The notes: generated from the letters alone by a model not told the origin. DNA of 64,000 nt from an uncultured bacterium (GCA_964619725.1 CAZUFC010000005.1:1-64000), one strand, 5' to 3'. Shown: positions 38,511-48,019, counted from the stretch's first letter. Numbers and translations: made by a program.

Positions 38511-38925
38511 TTTTCAACCCGAAATAATCGCTTATTGCTGCGAACACTGCGCCTACGCTGCCGCCGACTTGGCAGGCTCGCTCAGAAAAGAATATCCCCC
38601 TAATATTAAAATCATTAAAATACCCTGCTCCGGTAAAGCCGATAAAATCCTCATCCTTAAAAGCCTTCAAGGCGGCGCTGACGGCGTGTTCGTCGCCGGG
38701 TGCCTGGAAGGCGACTGTCACTTTAAGACCGGAAACCTTAAAGCTAAACAAAGAGTCACTTACTTGAAAAAGTTACTGAAAGATATCAATTTTCAGCCCG
38801 AACGTGTGGAAATGTTCAATGTTGCGGCTTCCGACGGCGAAGGCTTCGCTGATATAGCAAGAAAATTCACTGAAAAAATAAAGAAACTGGGCCCCAGTTC
38901 GCTTAAAGAAACAGATAACGAATAA
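38497..38925 (+). CDS. mvhD: MvhD/FlpD [2Fe-2S] subunit
   Basis: YCCEHCAYAAAD, IPCSGK and GADGVFVAGCLEGDCH. Confidence 0.93.
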   Translation: MSETDFQPEIIAYCCEHCAYAAADLAGSLRKEYPPNIKIIKIPCSGKADKILILKSLQGGADGVFVAGCLEGDCHFKTGNLKAKQRVTYLKKLLKDINFQPERVEMFNVAASDGEGFADIARKFTEKIKKLGPSSLKETDNE

Positions 38926-39045
38926 AGCAAGGCGGAAAAAGTATAAAGTTTCAGAAAATCCGATATTTGCAGAAATGAATCTACGCCAAAATGAAAATTC
39001 TTCTCGGATTTTTTATCAGAAATCCTGTATAAGGAGGCAGTGTCG

Positions 39046-42018
39046 CTATTCCGGTCCGAATCCGAATTCCAGGTAGTCCCATCCGCCGTAGATGTCGTTC
39101 ATGCTTTCATTAAGCAGCGCTCCGTAGAATTTAATTCCCTGGAGGGAATCCTGTCCCGTATCAGGCCACTGAAAAGTTGATATGGCGTTGAATGTAGTCA
39201 ATCCGGAATCGAAAGGCGGCGGATAGTATTGGGCATCCTGTGTCCATCCGGGTGCGAACCAGAATTCACCGTATACTTCGAGCAAAACGAACAGGGGATT
39301 ATTCATAAGAGGCGAACCTGTATTATTGCAGACCGAGACTTGCAGATAGCACTCATCTCCAGGGGTAAAGTAAGTATCCGGCATTTCCAGGGCAACTCCC
39401 AGTTCAGTGCAGGCAGAGGCGGTCATTTCGCACTCGGCCCAGGCGGTAGCGGAAGCAGGCATAACAATATTTTGCACGAGATTGTCCAGTAGGTTCCAGG
39501 ATTCTCCGTCGTATTCTTCCAATGCGATGTCCAGCGACACGGTATGCCTTACGAAAAGAACGCCGGTGGTGTCTATAACCGCGTAATAGTTACCGCTCAG
39601 GGGAGGATAGAAGGTAACATCCGATTCGCTGTTTCTTAGTTCAATATTGTGAGCGCTGAAACTTTCATCGTTTCTGTAGGCTGCAAAATTGTCTGCATCA
39701 CAGATGAAGAAATTGATATTTCCTCCATCCAGGATATAGGAAAAAGTATGCTGAAATTGCAAATCCAGGGGATGCAAGGCTCTTTCCGTAACCTCGTAAT
39801 GAACGACAAGCCTTTGATCTCCTGTTTCTGAAGGGAGGGCGGCCGCGGGAGTCGCTTTCAATTGCGGAACGATTCCGGGAACGGTGACGTCCCAGGCATA
39901 TTCGGCATCAGGTTCGCTTTCAGTAATAACCTGGACCGGGTCGCCGTCAGGATAGAATCCGGCTTCGCTTTCAACTTGCCCCCAGAAATCTCGTTCATCT
40001 CCCAGGATAAAGTCTGTCGTTCCGTCAACATCTGTAAACTGGGAGATAACGGTTATCAGATCGCCGCCGGAACCGCCCCAGGGATAAGCCAGTATAGAAA
40101 CTTTGGCGCCGTCCACGGGGTTCCCTTCCGCATCGGTCACCGTTACGGTCAGAGTGCATGAATCGGAGTAACGATGGGTGATGGCATCCTTGTATTCGTC
40201 GCCTCTCCAGGTTGTGACGGAACTCAATGTTTTACCTCCGCCGTAATCGCTGTCTGCGGCCACGCCGGGATTGTTGATGTGAGTCGAACCGCGGTCCCAG
40301 CTTACCTGATAGGGACGCCAGGAACCGTCTGCCCAGAATTCTCCCCAAACATGGTCCCAGGCGATGTTATTGGCGCACTGAGCGGGTATCAGCATAGTAC
40401 GTGATGCCGCAACCAGCAGGTCCTGGAGTTCACCGCAGTTTCCGTCATGGCCGCGGGCGATGACTACGGGTTGAATCGGACGATCTCCCCGGGCCCTGTA
40501 ATTCAGTATCTTGCCGACCCAGTTTCCTATTACGTCCAGAGCCAGGCTTCCCGGTTCGAAGAACCTGCCGCCCCATAGATTATATTCTTCTCCGTCCCAC
40601 AAATATTCGGCGTTCTCTTTCACATCGGATAAAATGGGATAACCCGTCCATTCGACGGAATCATATTGAGCGTTCGACTGAGACGTCGTGCTGAATCCCG
40701 AAGGAAAAACCAGTCCTGCGGGGTCTTCCGTGCCGTAAGTCGCCAGGTGAATCTGAAAAATCTTCTTATGGGTGTCCAGCCAGTCTTCTATCCAGGTACG
40801 GTTATCCGCCAGCGCCTGATACAGTTCATAAGGCTGATACGAAGGAACGATCAGTTTTTTATAATCCGCCAGGTCGGCTACCCCGATGTCTGCGGAAGTC
40901 AATACATCGTAATTACGCCCGTGAGCTGTAAGAACATCCTCTATAACGGCTCCTTCCGGTTGATCCTGATCCTTGATGATACCTATCTGTGCCGTCTGAC
41001 CCATTGAAGTATGACCGTTGCCGTATTCCACCATGTTGTCCAGAAGCAGGCAACCGCCTGAATCATAGGCCGCTTCCACCCGCAAAGTCGTAGCCAGAAT
41101 TGTGCTGCCCTTGTTGCCGGTAGCCCACTTGATGTCGGCCAGAACGATTGCATCGGCGGAGCCTGCTGCGCTTGCAATACTCGTCGGCGCAATCTCAAAA
41201 TCCGTCAAATGACCTTTAGCTGATGGTCCCCAGCCGTCCAGCATTGCATCGGATATCTCATGCTGAGGCGCATACTCCAGATAGTGCTGAGCGTAACTGT
41301 CCGTTACGTTTGAATCGTAAAAAAGATACGAACGCCAGAAAGCGCCGTCCGGCGGAGCCGAAAAACCGCCGCCTTCGGGTACGACATAAGCGACCTTTTC
41401 ATCGCTGATCTTGGGATGCACGATATACCAGTAATAAATGTCTCTGGGTATTTCCCTCCATTCAGGCGCTCCGTCGATAAGCCAGCGATGAGTTACCGTC
41501 GTATAATATTCACCGCCCGAAGCGGGGTCCCCATGCTCCACCAACTGCACATAAGAAAGTAGTGGAGCCGCTTCATAAATCAAGGAAACGTTGTCCTCGA
41601 AGATTCCAAAATCAAACCGTGGATTCATAAGCATTTCCGGCGCTATATGAGCTGCCATAAAACAATATTCATCCCGATAATTCACATCAGACGGCGACAG
41701 GATCAATTCCGCCGCCTCATGCTGATGCGCTTCGTCCATGTATGAAAAGTTGTCGGCAAGGTCGTCTTTCAGCCAATCCGGAGCCGCCGCTACAGCATTG
41801 GCAGCTTCCTCCGTCAAACCCAGATCGGGGATGCCTAAATCGAATTCTTCCGTGGTCAATCCCAGATGGGGTCTATAATCACGCTGCAGAGCGCGCACGG
41901 CATCTTTTTCGTCAGGAGGACCATATCCCGTTATGCCTTTGTCGTCAGAACCGGCGAAAACCGTTGCAGCCGACAGAACAACTGCTGAAACCAATAAAAG
42001 CAAATTAATTTTTTTCAT
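39046..42018 (-). CDS. Secreted transglutaminase-like (Cys protease fold) protein with conserved soluble C-terminal domain
   Basis: Signal peptide; GNCGE and DHVWGEFW catalytic Cys/His pattern; carboxypeptidase-regulatory-like domain (VTDAEGNPVDGA); CTD shared with 55838-59647. Confidence 0.75.
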   Translation of the reverse strand: MKKINLLLLVSAVVLSAATVFAGSDDKGITGYGPPDEKDAVRALQRDYRPHLGLTTEEFDLGIPDLGLTEEAANAVAAAPDWLKDDLADNFSYMDEAHQHEAAELILSPSDVNYRDEYCFMAAHIAPEMLMNPRFDFGIFEDNVSLIYEAAPLLSYVQLVEHGDPASGGEYYTTVTHRWLIDGAPEWREIPRDIYYWYIVHPKISDEKVAYVVPEGGGFSAPPDGAFWRSYLFYDSNVTDSYAQHYLEYAPQHEISDAMLDGWGPSAKGHLTDFEIAPTSIASAAGSADAIVLADIKWATGNKGSTILATTLRVEAAYDSGGCLLLDNMVEYGNGHTSMGQTAQIGIIKDQDQPEGAVIEDVLTAHGRNYDVLTSADIGVADLADYKKLIVPSYQPYELYQALADNRTWIEDWLDTHKKIFQIHLATYGTEDPAGLVFPSGFSTTSQSNAQYDSVEWTGYPILSDVKENAEYLWDGEEYNLWGGRFFEPGSLALDVIGNWVGKILNYRARGDRPIQPVVIARGHDGNCGELQDLLVAASRTMLIPAQCANNIAWDHVWGEFWADGSWRPYQVSWDRGSTHINNPGVAADSDYGGGKTLSSVTTWRGDEYKDAITHRYSDSCTLTVTVTDAEGNPVDGAKVSILAYPWGGSGGDLITVISQFTDVDGTTDFILGDERDFWGQVESEAGFYPDGDPVQVITESEPDAEYAWDVTVPGIVPQLKATPAAALPSETGDQRLVVHYEVTERALHPLDLQFQHTFSYILDGGNINFFICDADNFAAYRNDESFSAHNIELRNSESDVTFYPPLSGNYYAVIDTTGVLFVRHTVSLDIALEEYDGESWNLLDNLVQNIVMPASATAWAECEMTASACTELGVALEMPDTYFTPGDECYLQVSVCNNTGSPLMNNPLFVLLEVYGEFWFAPGWTQDAQYYPPPFDSGLTTFNAISTFQWPDTGQDSLQGIKFYGALLNESMNDIYGGWDYLEFGFGPE

Positions 42019-42306
42019 CTACTCCTGCTCCTTAAAATTTATTGTTGTAAGGAAAGCGTATTCATTTTTTTCTCAGGGCATAATACCAGTTTTTTCATCC
42101 AGATTCAAATATGGAAAAGATTCCCGGTTGGAGGGCTACACAATATCAATTTTTGCAAAAGGTACAGAATCTTTCGCAAACCGCGCTCCGATGCCCTCTC
42201 TCCATTCCGGAGCCTATGCAACAGGATAAAAGGCATTTTTCTTTTTATTTGCAATATATTGACTAAGAGATCGCTATCGTTCGACGAGCCTGCTCTATTG
42301 CGGGAT

Positions 42307-42345
42307 AAGGTTTTACAACGGGGTCAGAGCCCTTCGCAAAACCTT
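42307..42345 (-). repeat. REP hairpin on the minus strand
   Basis: Reverse complement reads aaggttttgcGAAGGGCTCTGACCCCgttgtaaaacctt, with a long outer stem. Confidence 0.8.
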
Positions 42346-42361
42346 GTTGCTTTTTATTTTT

Positions 42362-44503
42362 TCAATTTTTCTTATGGAATCTCAGCAGAATGATGCCTGT
42401 CAGTATCAGGAGTATAGCTGCGCCTGTTGTTCCTGTGGCGGGGACGGGCGGCGGTTCTGAAGTATCGGTCGGCGAGGGGGTGGGAGAGGTCGGGGTTTCG
42501 GTGGGAGTTAATGTCGGCGGCTCTGAAGTTGGAGTGGACGTCGGTGTTGTAGTGGGTATGACTGTGGGGGTTTGGGTCGGAGTAGACGTCGGAGGCGTTG
42601 ATGGCGTTAATGTTGGTGAAGGAGGCAATGTGGGTTGTTCCGTGGGTTGTTCTGTCGGCATTTCAGTGGGGGCTTCGGTGGGTTCCTGAGTGGGACTCGG
42701 CGTGGCGGATGGCGTTGGGGTTTCCTGTGCAGAAGATTGCGGATTGACGTTTTCCGGTTCGTTTTCAAAGAAGTCGGCTGTATTATCATCCGTATCCTGT
42801 CCCTGATGTCGTTCGTAACTGTAACCTTCTCCCGAAGGATTCGGCGCGGGCGTCCCTTCATAAGGTTCTCCGCTTCCGGGACTTCCCCAACCGAAGGAGT
42901 CGACTACGACGTCGGAAGCGTCACGCAAAGCTATGCCGTGGTCGGTATTGGGCAGCGACATTTCATCTTCCAGGTCGGCATCAGGCCAGGCCGGATTATC
43001 TTTCCCCGTCGACCAGCCGCCGTCTGCAATGAGAAAATAGCCGTGAGCCGGAATGATTCCTGACGTTATTTCCGCTTCTACGCCGCTGCCGTCGTAAATA
43101 TCCCATCCCGAGATATCGACAGGGGCATCACCGGGATTGTAGAGTTCGATGAATTCACTGTTGTATTCATCATCTGCATCAATATAGACTTCGCTGATAA
43201 GCGGCACGGCATCAGGAGCATTTTTCCATTGATACAGCCAATACTCGAACCAGGTAACGAATTCAGGCTTCGGGTCCTCATATCCGAAATAGGGGGAAGA
43301 GGTCGGAGGCGTTTCTCCCTGGGATATCGCATAATCGATACAGGGATGAGCGTAAACGAGTCTTTCCGGAATGGATATGGTCCATCCCGAAGAAAATTCC
43401 GGCTGCACCTTGGCGCCGATATGCGGTTTATCGAAGAATGCATTGATAACCAGCCAATCCTCGGGCGCCAGCCATTTTTCCAGCAGCGTTATCCTGTCCT
43501 CGCCGGCATACCAGTCAGCTCTTACCACCAGTTCCCATCCGTAAACAGGATCATTGATCAATACGCCCTCAATGGAATACACATGATTTTCATCAATCCG
43601 GCTTCCAGACAGCGGGTTCCACTCCTTGTAAAAATTGGCTCTGCTGTAGGGCTCGCCGTCGCTAACCTCCCATATGTCATAAGGGTCCAACAATTTAGCG
43701 TTGTTCCTTTCATTCATGTAAACCTTCAGTTCAGAACTCGATTCCGGCGTGAAAGTATCCGTGTCCTCCCAATCGCCGATATAAAACACGGAAGAATATT
43801 GGGGATTCGATACATAGGTCACCGCAGCCTGCTGAAAACGCAATATCTTATTTTCATAATTCCCCAGGTTCCCCGTTACCTCATTAACCGTTACTATTTC
43901 TGAAACCCGCGGATAAGCGCTGAAATAATCATGCACTGCCTGCTCGTATCCTGAATCAGTATAGGATGAGACATAAATTCCGGGATTCGCCGCTTTCCAG
44001 GCGTCAACGGAATCGGTCCCGATGCCGCTGATCGACATAAGGTGGTCTTCTTCTTCGAAGTAGTTATAATTTTGCCTGTGATTGAAAATGCTGCCGGCCG
44101 TTGCGGGTCCGATGCCCGAAATTTCCGTCAACTCACCCTGCAGAGCGTTATTCAGATCATGCGCTCTTCCTGTCCATGCATAATAGCCCTCTGTTTGAAC
44201 ATAATCCAGCAAAGCCTGCATTGTCGCAGTATCGATGCCCGATGCGTCGGATACTTCCTGGAGACTGCTCCAGGGCCTTCCGTCGATGATCGTCGTCCGC
44301 TGCGGATCAGATATGTCTCCGGGGCTCTGAATCTGGGTCCTTGACGCATTGTTGGCTATATCCAATGCCTCCGTTTCCTCCGCTGTCGTAAAATATACTC
44401 CGTCATAGGTACCGTCGCGATCACCTGAATGATAAGCAAATGTTGTATTCATCAGAATTCCGAAGGCAATAATAATCGCCGAAATAATTAAAATACGTGC
44501 CAT
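42362..44503 (-). CDS. Surface protein with ComEA-like helix-hairpin-helix motifs, lamin-tail domain, Pro/Thr linker and C-terminal anchor
   Basis: LTEISGIGPATA and LMSISGIG (HhH); LISEV...EFIELYNP...VDISGW (LTD); VPATGTTG + TM + RFHKK. Confidence 0.8.
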   Translation of the reverse strand: MARILIISAIIIAFGILMNTTFAYHSGDRDGTYDGVYFTTAEETEALDIANNASRTQIQSPGDISDPQRTTIIDGRPWSSLQEVSDASGIDTATMQALLDYVQTEGYYAWTGRAHDLNNALQGELTEISGIGPATAGSIFNHRQNYNYFEEEDHLMSISGIGTDSVDAWKAANPGIYVSSYTDSGYEQAVHDYFSAYPRVSEIVTVNEVTGNLGNYENKILRFQQAAVTYVSNPQYSSVFYIGDWEDTDTFTPESSSELKVYMNERNNAKLLDPYDIWEVSDGEPYSRANFYKEWNPLSGSRIDENHVYSIEGVLINDPVYGWELVVRADWYAGEDRITLLEKWLAPEDWLVINAFFDKPHIGAKVQPEFSSGWTISIPERLVYAHPCIDYAISQGETPPTSSPYFGYEDPKPEFVTWFEYWLYQWKNAPDAVPLISEVYIDADDEYNSEFIELYNPGDAPVDISGWDIYDGSGVEAEITSGIIPAHGYFLIADGGWSTGKDNPAWPDADLEDEMSLPNTDHGIALRDASDVVVDSFGWGSPGSGEPYEGTPAPNPSGEGYSYERHQGQDTDDNTADFFENEPENVNPQSSAQETPTPSATPSPTQEPTEAPTEMPTEQPTEQPTLPPSPTLTPSTPPTSTPTQTPTVIPTTTPTSTPTSEPPTLTPTETPTSPTPSPTDTSEPPPVPATGTTGAAILLILTGIILLRFHKKN

Positions 44504-44621
44504 CTCTATACTCCTTTTCAGTGTTTCATCATTGTTCCATTACCTTTCATTAAGGAAAAAGAACCCCTTTGTCAAGTCAAACACGCTGATTTGTTTCTTT
44601 ACATCAACCGCGAGCATTCTC

Positions 44622-44673
44622 CAGCACCTGTCCACAAACTCGAATCTCCATTCAAAATTCAATGCTGGACAAG
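44622..44673 (+). repeat. Isolated copy of the left end of the TA-associated element
   Basis: gtccacaaactcgaatctccattcaaaattcaatgctggacaag, 38/44 identical to 10593-10636 by manual count. Confidence 0.75.
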
Positions 44674-44727
44674 CGCTATCCAATGCTGAGTCAGGCAGCG
44701 TATTTGTCAGGAAAAAGTATTGAAGTA

Positions 44728-44985
44728 TTGCGCAGGACTCTGACCCCATTCCGGATGCTTGATTCTGCATGATTCTGTATGCCTGACATCGGACGGACAA
44801 TGGTTGACGCAGGGCTCTGACCCCTTTCCAGATGCTTAATTCTGCTTGATTCCGGGTGCCTGATGGCGGAGGAGCAATGGTTAGCGAAGGGCTCTGACCC
44901 CTTTCCGGATGCTTGATACCGGGTGCTGATGACTGAGTGGCAATGGTTAGCGCAGGGCTTTGATCTCTTTGCGAATGCCTGGTTG
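44728..44985 (+). repeat. Tandem array of four REP-containing units (BIME-like, period about 66-77 bp)
   Basis: Consensus caatggttagCG(C/A)AGGGCTCTGACCCCtttccggatgcttgat; linkers are related to each other. Confidence 0.8.
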
Positions 44986-45150
44986 CGCTCTTGGCGGGGC
45001 CGCAATGAGGAGAACAGCGGCGAGAGTAAGGATTAGACAATTCAAAATATGAATGATAATAGTGGAGGGGTGATGCGGGAGGGATGAATGGCTAGAAATG
45101 TTAAGCCAGGGAAATGTTTGAAACAAATAATATGGATTTAAGGATATAAC

Positions 45151-45354
45151 GTGAGGAAACTGAAAAAAGAGATGCCGGTTGAAGAGCTTGTGGAGTCTCA
45201 TCCCGGAGTCGTCGATCAGCTTCAGAAGCGGGGAATATTGTGTATCCGATGCGGGGAACCCGTCTGGGGGACGCTTGAGGATTTATTGAAAAGGAAAGGT
45301 ATTGAAGACATTGATGGATTCGTTGATTCTTTGGATATTGAGTCTCGCTCTTGA
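45151..45354 (+). CDS. DUF1858-like small protein
   Basis: MPVEELVESHP...GILCIRCGE...TLEDL pattern. Confidence 0.7.
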   Translation: MRKLKKEMPVEELVESHPGVVDQLQKRGILCIRCGEPVWGTLEDLLKRKGIEDIDGFVDSLDIESRS

Positions 45355-45449
45355 AAAATTTGATGATTGCTATTATATGTACCCATGCCTTTGAGTTTTC
45401 ATTGATTTATCAGGAGGGTGCATTACAAGCGTGAAAGGGGCTGCTGATC

Positions 45450-46361
45450 ATGTCGATGAAGGATACAGTCGTTGATTTAATGCCGACCTGGATGGTCAAA
45501 TTTTTTGCCGGACCTTATGTGGCGGGCGATTCTGAGGAAAAGGCTGTGGAAGTCGCCCGGGATTTATGGCAAGAAAAGAAACTGAAATCGACAATCGATT
45601 TATTGGGGGAGGAAGTGACGAGTTCGGAGGAAGTCGATTTGACGATGGAATCTTATGAGAAGTTGATCCGGTTTCTGGGCGAGCAGGAGTATGCGACGAT
45701 TTCCATCAAGCCGACTCAATTCGGTTCGCATGAGTCGATGGAGACATGCCGCGAGAACATGCGGAAGATAACCGCAGAATCTTACGAGAAGAATATACCA
45801 GTAACGATTGACATGGAGGATCACAATTATACGGACCTGACGCTTCAGATTTACAAAGAGCTTTTGCCGGAGTTTCCGGGACTGGGAACCGTTCTGCAGA
45901 CTCGTCTTCACAGAACCGGCGACGACATTAAGAATTTGAAGGGTTTGAAAACGAGAATAAGGCTTTGCATTGGGATATATCTTGAGCCTCGATCAATCGC
46001 TCTTCAGCGCAAATCAGAGATGAAGAAACGGTTGCTGGAACAATCGGAAATACTGTTGGACGACGGTCATTACGTAGAATTCGCCACTCACGATGAAAAG
46101 ATTATTCGCCGGTTTCTGGAGATGGCTGACCGTCGTGAGTTCAAGAAAGACCAATACGAAGTGCAGATGCTTCTGGGCGTACCCAGGCGCTCATTGCAGC
46201 AGGAACTGATCGGCGAAGGGATAGACGTACGTCTTTACGTGCCGTATGCCGTGTCGTGGAAGCTGGCCATGGCCTATTGCAAAAGGAGGCTGGCCGCCAA
46301 TCCCAACATCGCCTACTACGGCGCCAAAAATATTTTGACCGGTTTGCGATCCTCCAAATAG
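45450..46361 (+). CDS. Monofunctional proline dehydrogenase
   Basis: DLLGE, SIKPTQFG, IDMED, FATHD, QMLLG, RLYVPY and RRLAANP. Confidence 0.92.
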   Translation: MSMKDTVVDLMPTWMVKFFAGPYVAGDSEEKAVEVARDLWQEKKLKSTIDLLGEEVTSSEEVDLTMESYEKLIRFLGEQEYATISIKPTQFGSHESMETCRENMRKITAESYEKNIPVTIDMEDHNYTDLTLQIYKELLPEFPGLGTVLQTRLHRTGDDIKNLKGLKTRIRLCIGIYLEPRSIALQRKSEMKKRLLEQSEILLDDGHYVEFATHDEKIIRRFLEMADRREFKKDQYEVQMLLGVPRRSLQQELIGEGIDVRLYVPYAVSWKLAMAYCKRRLAANPNIAYYGAKNILTGLRSSK

Positions 46362-46478
46362 CTATCATTGAAAAGCGTGCATTGCGGACGCTTGTCGACC
46401 TTTTCGAAGCGATGATTCAACGGCAAGGCTGAGGCAAATTGATTATTTGAATCGATTGTTGATGATAAGGAGGGAAAA

Positions 46479-47426
46479 ATGGATTGCCCTAATTGCATAA
46501 TTCAATTGGAAAAAGAACAATATGAAGGCGTGACCGTTGATCGATGTCCCAAGTGCAGAGGAGTGTGGCTGGATGAAGGAGAAATAGCCGCGGTCGTTGA
46601 AAAAAGAGACAGAATCTTTACTCCTGAAGAAAAAATTGCAGCCTTCAAATCACGCGGCAAGGATTTGTCCAAATCGGCAAAACTGCCGTGTCCCAAATGC
46701 AATGAGGAAATGAAAGTGATCCAGTATGCCGTGACTTCCGGCGTTTTTATTCACAGGTGTCCGGCGAATCACGGCATCTGGCTTGATGATCGCGAGCTGG
46801 ACAATCTGCAGATCGTGATGGAGGAATACGATAAGAAATATGATCGCATCCGAGGGCCTGACGAGCCGGAAAAGGCGGACATCAAAGAATGTCCGAAATG
46901 CAATGTTCCTATGCATGAAATAAAAAGAGAGGACGTCATAGTTGATGAATGTCGGAAATGCGGGGGAGTCTGGTGCGATACCGACGAATTGAACAGTCTG
47001 ATCAAAAATAAGAATGAGAGAATAAAAAAGGAACTTGAAGAAGCGGGGTCTGAAGAAGAAAAAAAGAATATCCTGGAGCGGGAAAAATATGAACCGAGGA
47101 TCGTCCATGACGAAGATTTAGTTTCAATGTTGAACTGTATCGTATGCGGCGCTCCGATGAAAAGAATCAACTATCAGTATTCATCAGGCATCATCATTGA
47201 CGTTTGCCCTCATAATCACGGCATATGGCTGGACAAGGGAGAACTGGAAAGAGTCTTCGAATTCACGAAAAGATGGGGCGGCGTGGAAAAGAGGATCAGG
47301 AACTATGAATCGGTATTCAAAAAACATCACGATGATACTATTTCACCCCGGTTCCTGAAGGTAAGCCGTTTCTTTCCTTTGCAACGGTTGGCGTTTAAAT
47401 TGAAATCGGGGTACTACCGGAAGTGA
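46479..47426 (+). CDS. Protein with four zf-TFIIB-like zinc ribbons (internal duplication)
   Basis: Four CxxC...C...G(V/I)W(L/C)DxxE(L/I) units. Confidence 0.85.
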   Translation: MDCPNCIIQLEKEQYEGVTVDRCPKCRGVWLDEGEIAAVVEKRDRIFTPEEKIAAFKSRGKDLSKSAKLPCPKCNEEMKVIQYAVTSGVFIHRCPANHGIWLDDRELDNLQIVMEEYDKKYDRIRGPDEPEKADIKECPKCNVPMHEIKREDVIVDECRKCGGVWCDTDELNSLIKNKNERIKKELEEAGSEEEKKNILEREKYEPRIVHDEDLVSMLNCIVCGAPMKRINYQYSSGIIIDVCPHNHGIWLDKGELERVFEFTKRWGGVEKRIRNYESVFKKHHDDTISPRFLKVSRFFPLQRLAFKLKSGYYRK

Positions 47427-47578
47427 TCCTCTGCGTGCTTATGAGCGTTTCCAGGCGCGGTTAATGAATCGCAGTTGCAGTTGATACGGATTTTTTTCCG
47501 TTGAGCGTTCCATTGTCAGTAATTCAGATGACGCCGTTCATTGAAAATTGTTTTTCACTGGAGTAATATGGAGTCGCA

Positions 47579-48019
47579 ATGAATGACGAATTTATCGTTC
47601 AAATGAAACGAGCGGCAGAAAAAATATTCAGAAATACCAGGGTTTTAGCCGCTTACGCTTACGGCAGCAGAATTGCGGGAAATTACCTTCCCGAAAGCGA
47701 CCTGGATATCGGATACTATCCCTTCCATTATAAACAGACGAAACAATTGTCGATTAGTGCCGAAATGATGCTGGCGGCAGACCTTTCTGACGAACTTGAG
47801 TTAAACGTCGATCTGAGGAATCTGAACGATGCGCCCCTGGAATTAAAGGGCAAAGTTTTGGAAGAGGGCATCAGAATATATTCGGCTGACGAGGCGAAGC
47901 GCATTGCTTTGGAAACCTATATCCTGAAGAGATATCATGACTGTAAGGAAGCTTACATTCGAATGCATGAAGTCAGATTGAAGAACTATAAGCATTTCCG
48001 GGAGAACCGTAATGGTTGA
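47579..48019 (+). CDS. MNT nucleotidyltransferase antitoxin (type VII TA, MntA-like)
   Basis: YAYGSR...ESDLDI and VDLRNLNDAP; overlaps the HEPN gene. Confidence 0.9.
   Translation: MNDEFIVQMKRAAEKIFRNTRVLAAYAYGSRIAGNYLPESDLDIGYYPFHYKQTKQLSISAEMMLAADLSDELELNVDLRNLNDAPLELKGKVLEEGIRIYSADEAKRIALETYILKRYHDCKEAYIRMHEVRLKNYKHFRENRNG

Noticed and set aside
32147-38925. Selenocysteine in HdrA or MvhD
   Set aside because: All ORFs are continuous, with Cys at the motif positions and no in-frame TGA
44728-44985. Possible CRISPR array (about 40-bp repeats with about 30-bp spacers)
   Set aside because: Spacers are homologous to one another, repeats are degenerate and match the dispersed REP, and there are no cas genes in the window
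44540-45040. 166-aa ORF with repeated ERGQSP
   Set aside because: It is a translation of the REP array on the minus strand; the same artefact affects ORFs 11921-12208 and 27563-27754
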